Shown piece by piece: positions 56,493 through 64,000 of a stretch of 64,000 nt of DNA. Origin of the DNA: a virus; IMG/VR virus record IMGVR_UViG_3300042484_001245, positions 28,931 to 92,930 of that record; one strand, written 5' to 3'. The position numbers and the translations under genes are program-made. Below the pieces are notes generated by a model that worked only from the letters and a program-made list of their open reading frames with translations, was not told the origin of the DNA and searched no databases. Within the stretch, counting starts at the first letter, position 1. The number at the start of each line of letters is the position of its first letter.

Positions 56493-56882
56493 ATGCGAGC
56501 ATTCTTCATTTTTAATAACATGAAAGTGAATACGTTTGCTCTTCAAGATCAGCCGTTTCCTGGGTTTGAGTTGTTGACGTGGGAGCACGAATCGTTTGTA
56601 GATGGTACATTATGGGACATTGGTAACGATGCTGGTTACACACCGATAGGTATAACCAAAGTTCATGGACAACTTTGGCTGGCACAAGACACACAACAAA
56701 TATCAGAGCTTGAATATTTCTTGGGTGTTCAGTCTGGATTGACTGAACCAATGAACACAAAAGCCTATATACAAACACACGATGTTGCTGAGAAAGTAGA
56801 TGTCGTGATATATAGACTGAAAAACATCGATACGAACTATCTCATAGTTCACGATGGAAAGTGGATGATTAAACGGTCGTGA
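56493..56882 (+). CDS. Gamma-glutamylcyclotransferase-like fold protein (degenerate)
   Basis: G-x-L-W/Y-D-x-G..Y, V-x-G-x-L-W/Y spacing; canonical YG[ST]L and catalytic E absent. Confidence 0.45.
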   Translation: MRAFFIFNNMKVNTFALQDQPFPGFELLTWEHESFVDGTLWDIGNDAGYTPIGITKVHGQLWLAQDTQQISELEYFLGVQSGLTEPMNTKAYIQTHDVAEKVDVVIYRLKNIDTNYLIVHDGKWMIKRS

Positions 56883-56883
56883 T

Positions 56884-57315
56884 ATGTTGACAAGTATATT
56901 ATTGTTTTTGAATAAATTGTGGGATAACAGAATTGTCATAGTGCTAGGTGCCTTTGGTGTTCTCATCGCCGCGTTTTATTTCTATTACGTTATTGCATCA
57001 AACAGAATTGATGAATTGACTCGTGAGAAGATTGAGCTTCAAGCAATTGTTGAACAACAAAAGAAAGCCATCGAACAGATTCAGCGTGATTATAAACACG
57101 TTATCGAATCGAAAGAAGAACTGAACAAACAAATACAAGACACACAAACAGAAGTGCAAGAGCTTCGTGAAAAGTTGTTCAGAGAAAATCAAGGCAAGCG
57201 ACCCCTCGAAGAGCTTGCAACAAAGAAGACTACATTGATTGAAAAGAAGATCAACAAAGCCACACAAGATGTGTTGAGCTGTCTTGAGCTTTTGACACGT
57301 GGAGGCGATTGTTAA
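56884..57315 (+). CDS. Inner-membrane spanin (Rz-like)
   Basis: Single N-terminal TM, coiled coil, C-terminal Cys residues; coupled to a lipoprotein gene. Confidence 0.7.
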   Translation: MLTSILLFLNKLWDNRIVIVLGAFGVLIAAFYFYYVIASNRIDELTREKIELQAIVEQQKKAIEQIQRDYKHVIESKEELNKQIQDTQTEVQELREKLFRENQGKRPLEELATKKTTLIEKKINKATQDVLSCLELLTRGGDC

Positions 57316-57665
57316 TGAGAAAGTTTTCTTTACTTCTTTGTGTGTGCTTGTCTGCGTGTTTCAAAACGTACACGACTCCTGTTGAACGTCCACGATTAGA
57401 TCTTCCACCTCCACCTTCTGTCACTCTTCAATCAGTAAAGTTTCGTGTTATTCACAAACATAATGCTGACAAGTTTTTTAACGATGTTGATAAGAATGAT
57501 GGTAAAGAACCTGTTGTGGTTGCGTTGAGTGTGCAAGATTACAAAAAGATGGCACTAAACCTTGCCAAACTAAAGGCATATATAAAATCACAACAAAAGA
57601 TTATTTCGTTATACAAGAGATACTACGAGGCTAACAAAAATGGCAACAAAGAAGCGCAAAAGTAA
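57315..57665 (+). CDS. Outer-membrane lipoprotein spanin (Rz1-like)
   Basis: Lipobox LSAC, Pro-rich linker, DY..MALN...LKAYI..Q..II..YK.YYE. Confidence 0.75.
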   Translation: MRKFSLLLCVCLSACFKTYTTPVERPRLDLPPPPSVTLQSVKFRVIHKHNADKFFNDVDKNDGKEPVVVALSVQDYKKMALNLAKLKAYIKSQQKIISLYKRYYEANKNGNKEAQK

Positions 57666-57846
57666 GAAGACAGAAGAAGCAACAGTAGAAGTGGTTGAAG
57701 CTCCAGCTCAGAAGCTGGATGTTGCTACTGTCGAAGTTGCAAAGTCTCCAGTGCCACCATCTCGTCGTTTGTTTCCATCTTCATTGATCGCAGAATTGGA
57801 TGCAATCAAAGCACGTCTTGATGAAATTGAAAAAAAGCTGAAGTAA
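57640..57846 (+). CDS. Hypothetical protein
   Basis: Basic N-terminus, C-terminal coiled coil. Confidence 0.5.
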   Translation: MATKKRKSKKTEEATVEVVEAPAQKLDVATVEVAKSPVPPSRRLFPSSLIAELDAIKARLDEIEKKLK

Positions 57847-57898
57847 GCCATTTTAATATTATGTTGCCTCAGCCTGGCATTTTGATATACTACCTTTC

Positions 57899-58909
57899 AT
57901 GTTATACGTTGATTTGAAATACGTTACGACTGTAGGCATACATCTTCGCAACTTCAAGAAAAAGAAAGATAACTTATTCAACTGCTCGTGTCCTATCTGT
58001 GGCGACAGTGAAAAGAAAAAATCAAAAGCTCGTGGATACTTTTATCAAAAAGGCACTTCGATGTATTTCAAGTGTCACAACTGTGGCTCTGGCATCGGTG
58101 TTGGCAATTTTCTCAAGCATCATTTTCCTGCGTATCATGAGCAATACTTGCTTGAGAAGTACAAGTCTGGTGTAGACACAAAGAAAACAAAAGCTGCGAT
58201 TGCGCCAGTGGCAAAAGCTGTACTGACGAAGTTTCATTCGAGCAAAGCTATCAAGCTGAGTGAGTTGTCTGATGAGCACTACGCAAAGCAGTATGTGATT
58301 CGCAGAAAAATTCCATTTGAGCACTACTCTCGTATATTCTTTACTGACGATTTTGCAGGTCTTGTTGATGATGTGTTTCCCGGCAAGTATGAGAATCTTC
58401 AGAAAGATGAACCTCGATTGATCATTCCATTCTTTGATGCACAAAACAACTTAACTGGCTTGCAGGGACGTTCATTCTCTCCTGAGAAATCGTTGCGATA
58501 CATCACAATTCGTGCGACGAGTAACACAGACTTAGTATTTGGTCTTGAGAGATTTGATTCAACAAAACTCGGCTACGTTGTTGAGGGTCCAATCGATAGT
58601 TTGTTTTTGCCGAATTGTCTTGCCGCAGCCAACTCAGATCTTGCGTCTGTAATTGATAAAACAAAAAACGACAACCTTGTTCTCGTATATGACAATGAGC
58701 CACGAAACCGCGAGATTGTAAAACTCATCGAGTCTGCAATTAACAGGGGCAGAAAAGTTTGCATCTGGACATCTAACATCGAACAGAAAGATATAAATGA
58801 CATGATACTGTCTGGCACATCAGTGTGTGATATACATCGCATAATACAAAAGCGCACGTTCAGTGGTCTTGAAGCACAGTTGGAGTTTTGTAAATGGAAG
58901 AAAGTGTAA
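57899..58909 (+). CDS. gp61: DNA primase gp61
   Basis: CPICGDS..ARG..CHNC, QGRS, VEGPIDSLF, YDNEPRN, KDINDM. Confidence 0.96.
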   Translation: MLYVDLKYVTTVGIHLRNFKKKKDNLFNCSCPICGDSEKKKSKARGYFYQKGTSMYFKCHNCGSGIGVGNFLKHHFPAYHEQYLLEKYKSGVDTKKTKAAIAPVAKAVLTKFHSSKAIKLSELSDEHYAKQYVIRRKIPFEHYSRIFFTDDFAGLVDDVFPGKYENLQKDEPRLIIPFFDAQNNLTGLQGRSFSPEKSLRYITIRATSNTDLVFGLERFDSTKLGYVVEGPIDSLFLPNCLAAANSDLASVIDKTKNDNLVLVYDNEPRNREIVKLIESAINRGRKVCIWTSNIEQKDINDMILSGTSVCDIHRIIQKRTFSGLEAQLEFCKWKKV

Positions 58910-59151
58910 GTTCAGTAGACACGTTCACTTGGTTGCCTGTAGGATATATGACAGCATCAATAGGGGCGAGCGTTCCATCAAACTTTATTGAAGTGGACGG
59001 ACAACTTCTGTCAAAACAAGAGTATGCAGAAGTATATGAAGTATTGCGTGGATCTGTCAAAGAAGATGCTGAAAACTTTTTCTTGCCATCCAAAGATGAA
59101 GTTAAAACTTTGTTTAGTTTGTCTGCCAGGATTTTCATCAAAGTCAGATAG
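58894..59151 (+). CDS. Stand-alone tail-collar-like domain
   Basis: PVG......VPSNFIEVDGQLLSKQEYAEVYEVL....FFLP..IFIKV. Confidence 0.6.
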   Translation: MEESVSSVDTFTWLPVGYMTASIGASVPSNFIEVDGQLLSKQEYAEVYEVLRGSVKEDAENFFLPSKDEVKTLFSLSARIFIKVR

Positions 59152-59193
59152 TGGCAAACATACATAGTAGAGATATACTATTGTGTGCTTACC

Positions 59194-60486
59194 ATGAAAA
59201 ATATTTTGCTTTCTATTGTCACTCTTGTTACAACACTTTTTGTTCCAGTGAGTTCAGAAGCGAACGCACAGGGTTTACCAAACGTTGGTTACGCACCATT
59301 CAATTTGACAGCCAACAAGTTTAATTGTAATGGGTTCATAAAATCAATAGAGCCACTAGAAGAAGTCCACATCGCCTTTTTGTTCAATACATTTGGCAAC
59401 AACTTTTCTTGCTTAGAGCGATTGCTTGCAGACCCACGACTCAAGACACTTGAAGTAAACTTAATCAATGAGCCTGGTCACAGAAACAATCGCCTTGGTA
59501 GCTATGAATTTTTGTATGGTGTTGGATCAGTAGCAACTTGGAACAAGAAGCTATCAGCACGAAATCCAGCACTAAAGCAGAAGTATATTAACTACGTTAA
59601 ACCCATTCAAGCTGTTTTGGCAGAACATCTTCGCCCACACACGACATTGATGATTAACCCAGGCTTAGAAAGTAATGTGTCAGCATCAGCAGGTAGAGTT
59701 CTTATTGCGTGGACTAGAGATCTTTTTCCTGATGCTCGAATTGTGTGGAATCCACACAGAGCATCTTTGAACACACGAAAATTTGTAAGTGCGGATCTTA
59801 TAGAAGGTCATGGACAATTTCCTGCACTTCGTGAGCCATGTGTTTACAACATGGATGGCACTGATGTTAAGTATAATAACAGACCTGCATTAGGTGAGGG
59901 TTCTGGTATAAAGAACTACTTTCACTCTGGTGCGCCATTGTTTCAACAGCTAGAAAAATATGCAAACCGATGTGAAGTAGCATTTGTTTGGACTCAAGAG
60001 GGTAATGGCCTAAGTTACAAGCAGGGATTCAAAGATCCGAGAGAGCGCAATAATTTTATTCCAACCGCTATGTACAGACAGATTATGCGAGACATTATTG
60101 CAGTACAGAAGCGTGGGAGAATTGCACCTAAGAGTGACACATACACAGCTAAAGACAATGCTATTGTCAACTCATGCTCTGTTGTGTCAAGCAATTTTGA
60201 AGATGGTCTAAAGTCTGGGAGATTATTAAAGCAATCTGAGTTTCCAGACCGAGGTGGTGTTTTGCTTCTTCCTACGGAGTTTCGCTCAGTAAAAAATGCA
60301 AGTCTCGTAAAGGGTACAAAAACTGTTGACTCTTTTAGAAATACTGGACCATATCACGATGGTCGACCATTGTTTCGTTCTAACACTTCCCCAACAACTT
60401 ATCCGTTTAACACATATCTGGTGTTCAACAAGGGAAACGTTCGATATTGTTTCAAATTATCTAACCCAAGAATCAGGTTGGACTAA
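59194..60486 (+). CDS. Exported protein with Sec signal peptide, unknown function
   Basis: MKNILLSIVTLVTTLFVPVSSEANA|QG; several Cys; NEP motif. Confidence 0.65.
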   Translation: MKNILLSIVTLVTTLFVPVSSEANAQGLPNVGYAPFNLTANKFNCNGFIKSIEPLEEVHIAFLFNTFGNNFSCLERLLADPRLKTLEVNLINEPGHRNNRLGSYEFLYGVGSVATWNKKLSARNPALKQKYINYVKPIQAVLAEHLRPHTTLMINPGLESNVSASAGRVLIAWTRDLFPDARIVWNPHRASLNTRKFVSADLIEGHGQFPALREPCVYNMDGTDVKYNNRPALGEGSGIKNYFHSGAPLFQQLEKYANRCEVAFVWTQEGNGLSYKQGFKDPRERNNFIPTAMYRQIMRDIIAVQKRGRIAPKSDTYTAKDNAIVNSCSVVSSNFEDGLKSGRLLKQSEFPDRGGVLLLPTEFRSVKNASLVKGTKTVDSFRNTGPYHDGRPLFRSNTSPTTYPFNTYLVFNKGNVRYCFKLSNPRIRLD

Positions 60487-60494
60487 ATTAAATC

Positions 60495-60523
60495 TTGTCA
60501 TTACAGTCTGAGTTTGCTATATT
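60495..60523 (+). promoter_or_regulatory. Sigma70-type promoter upstream of RNR
   Basis: TTGTCA-17 nt-TATATT with TG extension. Confidence 0.6.
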
Positions 60524-60559
60524 CTCTTTCAGTTAATTGTCATTATCTGAGGTACATTC

Positions 60560-62491
60560 ATGTCTAAACTTCCTACGCTTTATCAGCAATTCATCCATCT
60601 TTCTCGCTACAGCCGATGGCTGCCAAATGAAAAAAGACGAGAAACTTGGGAAGAAACTGTTGATAGATATTTCGATTTTTTTGAAACACACTTACAAAAT
60701 CGTTGCGAATACACACTCAAGAAAACAACACGAGAAGAATTAAAAGAAGCTATTATTGCACTTGATGTTATGCCATCAATGCGTTGCTTGATGACGGCTG
60801 GCCCAGCATTAGAGCGTGACGAGATTGCAGGCTATAATTGTTCGTTTGTTGCTATTGATAGTCCACGTTCGTTTGATGAAATTCTATACATTCTTTCATG
60901 TGGTGTTGGAGTAGGATTTTCTGTCGAACGGCAATACGTCTCTCAACTGCCATCAGTATCAGACGAGTTCTATGATACAGATACAACAATTGTTGTGCAA
61001 GATTCAAAGATCGGATGGGCAAAATCACTTAAAGAGTTAATCGGACTTTTGTATCAAGGTCAAGTTCCAAAGATTGATGTGAGTAGAGTTAGACCTTCTG
61101 GTGCACCATTGAAAACATTTGGTGGTCGTGCATCAGGTCCAGCACCACTCGTAGCACTATTTGAGTTCTGTATCAAAACATTCAAAGGTGCAGCTGGCAG
61201 AAAGCTACAGTCAATTGAGTGTCACGACATCGTGTGCAAGATTGCAGAAGTAATCGTTGTCGGTGGTGTTCGTCGTTCAGCACTAATTTCTTTGAGCAAT
61301 CTTTCAGACGACAGAATGCGAGCAGCAAAATCTGGTCAGTGGTGGATAGAAAATGTACAGCGAGCACTTGCAAACAACAGTGCTTGTTATACTGAGAAGC
61401 CCGACATTGGCATCTTTATGGACGAGTGGAAGTCTTTGTACGAATCTCGCTCTGGTGAACGAGGCATCTTTAATCTTGTTGCAGCGAAGAAGAGCGCAGA
61501 AAATCTTGGCACAAATTCTCATGGCGACCCTCGAAGAGATGCATCAAAGATCGCTGGCACAAATCCATGTGCTGAGATTCTTCTCCGCAACAAAGGCTTC
61601 TGTAATCTTTCAGAAGTTGTTGTTCGTGCTGAAGATACAAAAGAAACACTACTCAAGAAAGTAGAACTTGCGACGATACTCGGCACGTTTCAATCAACTC
61701 TTACTGATTTTAGATACCTCTCGAAAGAGTGGAAAAAGAACGCAGAAGAAGAGCGATTGCTTGGTGTATCACTCACTGGTATTCTTGATAACTTGTTCAT
61801 GTCAACTCCAAGCGATGCGTTGAAAGAGTTCTTACTTGAATTGCGTGACAAAGCAATTGAGACAAATAGAAAGTGGGCAAAGCTGTTGGGTGTTCCTGAG
61901 TCTGCATCCATCACTTGTGTTAAGCCATCTGGCACAGTGTCTCAGCTCGTAGACAGTGCGAGTGGTATTCATCCTCGCCACTCTGATTACTACATCAGAA
62001 CAGTGCGAGCTGATAACAAAGATCCATTGTGCACACTGATGAAACAGATGGGATTTCCTAATGAGCCTGACGTTACAAAACCAGAACACACAACTGTGTT
62101 TTCGTTCCCTGTGAAGTCACCTGACCACGCACGTTTTAGAAATCAAGTTTCTGCTATTCAGCATCTTGAACTTTGGTTGTTCTACAAGAAGTATTGGGCA
62201 GAGCACACAGTGTCTATCACGATCTCTGTAAAAGAGAATGAATGGCTTGATGTTGCAGCGTATGTGTTTAAGCACTTTGATCACATTTCTGGAATATCAT
62301 TCTTGCCATTCAGTGATCATGTGTACAAACAAGCTCCATACCAAGACTGTACGAAAGAACAATATCAAGCTCTTTGTTCCAAGATGCCTCAGGATGCTGA
62401 CTGGTCGAAATTGCATATATACGAGAAGGAAGATACGACCACATCCACACAAGAATTGGCTTGTGTAGCAGGCTCGTGTGAACTTACATAA
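60560..62491 (+). CDS. nrdJ: Class II (adenosylcobalamin-dependent) ribonucleotide reductase
   Basis: SRYSRW..RRETWEETV, YNCSF, VVGGVRRSALISLS, TNPCAEI, VKPSGTVS, C-terminal ACVAGSCE; no nrdB adjacent. Confidence 0.92.
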   Translation: MSKLPTLYQQFIHLSRYSRWLPNEKRRETWEETVDRYFDFFETHLQNRCEYTLKKTTREELKEAIIALDVMPSMRCLMTAGPALERDEIAGYNCSFVAIDSPRSFDEILYILSCGVGVGFSVERQYVSQLPSVSDEFYDTDTTIVVQDSKIGWAKSLKELIGLLYQGQVPKIDVSRVRPSGAPLKTFGGRASGPAPLVALFEFCIKTFKGAAGRKLQSIECHDIVCKIAEVIVVGGVRRSALISLSNLSDDRMRAAKSGQWWIENVQRALANNSACYTEKPDIGIFMDEWKSLYESRSGERGIFNLVAAKKSAENLGTNSHGDPRRDASKIAGTNPCAEILLRNKGFCNLSEVVVRAEDTKETLLKKVELATILGTFQSTLTDFRYLSKEWKKNAEEERLLGVSLTGILDNLFMSTPSDALKEFLLELRDKAIETNRKWAKLLGVPESASITCVKPSGTVSQLVDSASGIHPRHSDYYIRTVRADNKDPLCTLMKQMGFPNEPDVTKPEHTTVFSFPVKSPDHARFRNQVSAIQHLELWLFYKKYWAEHTVSITISVKENEWLDVAAYVFKHFDHISGISFLPFSDHVYKQAPYQDCTKEQYQALCSKMPQDADWSKLHIYEKEDTTTSTQELACVAGSCELT

Positions 62492-62724
62492 TGGGAAAGA
62501 AAGCAAAGAAAAGTTGTACGTGTCACGAATGTGAGATTGAGTTTGATATAGTCATCACATCAACGTCGGGTGGTCGCCATACTCCACAGATTTGTCCTTT
62601 CTGTGGAGATGGTGTCACTCTTAAAGAAGATCGTCCACTTCTTAAAGACTTCGATGAATATGACGAGTTTGATGACGACGAGTATTACACTGAAGATGAA
62701 GATGATTTTGATGATGAAGACTAA
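62491..62724 (+). CDS. Zinc-ribbon protein with acidic tail
   Basis: CHEC..CPFC, D/E-rich end. Confidence 0.7.
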   Translation: MGKKAKKSCTCHECEIEFDIVITSTSGGRHTPQICPFCGDGVTLKEDRPLLKDFDEYDEFDDDEYYTEDEDDFDDED

Positions 62725-62732
62725 TTCACGCC

Positions 62733-63287
62733 GTGATTACTATCGGAATAGATTACTCAATGTCATCACCTGCCATCGCAGTTCACACTGGCGATGTGTG
62801 GAGTTTTGATGCGTGTAAATTCTACTTTCTCACTTCTGTCAAAAAGTTTGAAGTCAAGACACCTCGCATAGAGTCTACACTCTACAAGAATTGGCAATCA
62901 AACGAAGAGCGTTTTGATTTCATTTCATCATGGGCACTAAACATCATCAAGCAACATTCAGGTGCTCATGTGTTCTTAGAAGACTATGCGTTTGCAGCTA
63001 AAGGTGTTGTGTTCCACATCGGCGAGTGTGCAGGTACACTCAAACACAAACTGTGGCTAAACAAGTTTCAGTACAGTGCCTTCTCACCACCTTCAGTAAA
63101 AAAGTTTGCTTCAGGTAAAGGTAACGCAAACAAGATCATCATGCACGATGCATTCATCAAAGAGACTGCGTTCAATATTACAGCACAACTCGATTGCAAA
63201 ATTGGAGACAGTCCATCGAGCGATGTCATCGATGCGTATTATGTTGCTAAATGTGGCTTCACATCACTAACTACGAAAAACTCGTAG
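62733..63287 (+). CDS. RuvC-like Holliday junction resolvase
   Basis: IGIDYS, FLEDYA, VKKFASGKGNANK, DVIDAY. Confidence 0.85.
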   Translation: MITIGIDYSMSSPAIAVHTGDVWSFDACKFYFLTSVKKFEVKTPRIESTLYKNWQSNEERFDFISSWALNIIKQHSGAHVFLEDYAFAAKGVVFHIGECAGTLKHKLWLNKFQYSAFSPPSVKKFASGKGNANKIIMHDAFIKETAFNITAQLDCKIGDSPSSDVIDAYYVAKCGFTSLTTKNS

Positions 63288-63425
63288 AGACTCGCTAGGA
63301 TCGATTTTAAGCATTAAACGGCACTTACGTGATACTTTGCTCATCTTTTCAGAAATCGCCGTTCCTAGCGCATTTTGATTTTCTAACTAGCTGATTTTAT
63401 TGGGTGAAAAAAATCGATTTTTTCG

Positions 63426-63454
63426 TTGTTCTGATTGCTTTCTAGTGTTACTCT
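63426..63454 (+). promoter_or_regulatory. Possible sigma70-type promoter
   Basis: TTGTTC-17 nt-TACTCT with TG extension, upstream of the last ORF. Confidence 0.45.
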
Positions 63455-63501
63455 CTCAATGTTCAAAACCGTTTGTTTCCAAAAAAGTATTGAGTTATAA
63501 C

Positions 63502-64000
63502 ATGAGAACAAAATCCAGATTAACTGTTACTGAGGACGAACCACGTTTGAAGCCTGCGGAAACAGAGAGCATCGAATCTCAACTGAGTAAGATGTTCACA
63601 TGGTACAATTACAATCGCAACGGCGAAGATGCAAAGAAGTATTTCGTCGAATTCTTGCGACAGTCTGGAGAACCTTCAGACACACTGACACAGATTGAAG
63701 AATGCTCTACACTTCCATTATCGAGCACTATTGGATGGTTGTGTCGAATTAAAATCATTAACGGCGAGCGAGTACCAGCATCTTATGATAATAACATCGA
63801 AAAAGAAAAGATGCGAGTGCTTCAAGTTGCACTTGCAAAAAAGACTGTAGAAGAAAAGCCACAAGTAGAAAAAAAACCTAGCGTTCAAGATCATCTTGAG
63901 AATCAACTGCGAGAGTTGTTGAGCGATCTTGCGGTTAAAGTTGATGAGTTTGTTGAGACTCGTGGCAAAGCATCGTTTAACGCATACGATTGGCTTCAAT
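63502..64000 (+). CDS. Conserved T4-like hypothetical protein, 3'-truncated; missing from the ORF track
   Basis: Open from ATG 63502 to the window end: MRTKSRLTVTEDEPR..FTWYNY..AKKY..TIGWLCR..PSVQDHL. Confidence 0.7.
   Translation, partial: MRTKSRLTVTEDEPRLKPAETESIESQLSKMFTWYNYNRNGEDAKKYFVEFLRQSGEPSDTLTQIEECSTLPLSSTIGWLCRIKIINGERVPASYDNNIEKEKMRVLQVALAKKTVEEKPQVEKKPSVQDHLENQLRELLSDLAVKVDEFVETRGKASFNAYDWLQ

Noticed and set aside
1-64000. Minus-strand and nested ORFs in the track (e.g. 16225..16890, 22256..22768, 30149..30688)
   Set aside because: They are antisense or out-of-frame shadows of well-supported + strand genes, without recognisable motifs.
1-64000. Stop-codon reassignment
   Set aside because: Core genes are full length in the standard code and end in TAA, TAG and TGA at expected positions.

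Overview
64 kb of a large T4-like myovirus genome, environmental rather than T4-proper. Essentially all real genes are on the + strand in the standard code; a spanin pair implies a Gram-negative host. Order: LamG fibre, holin, collar/HxH tail fibre; gp13-gp23 neck/terminase/tail/head block; gp3, uvsY, uvsW, gp55, gp47/46; accessory ClpP, DNA methyltransferase, SemiSWEET and a vWA/MoxR pair; gp45-44-62-regA, dUTPase, lysozyme; DNA polymerase gp43 split into two genes around a DUF262-HNH / GIY-YIG-like / dCMP deaminase cassette; uvsX, gp41; a ~10 kb late cluster; spanins, primase, class II RNR, RuvC-like resolvase. Top observations: (1) at least six late-cluster proteins start with a 10-residue T4-type capsid-targeting leader (M-K/R-x-F/Y-x-x-hydrophobic-I/L-x-E), including a ligase-fold protein, a HAD phosphatase and an HExxH protease, suggesting a head-packaged, injected enzyme kit; (2) the split polymerase with nucleases at the split; (3) a phased, iteron-like non-coding array at 37.0-37.25 kb. 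All assignments come from motif recognition and synteny by eye; no searches were run.
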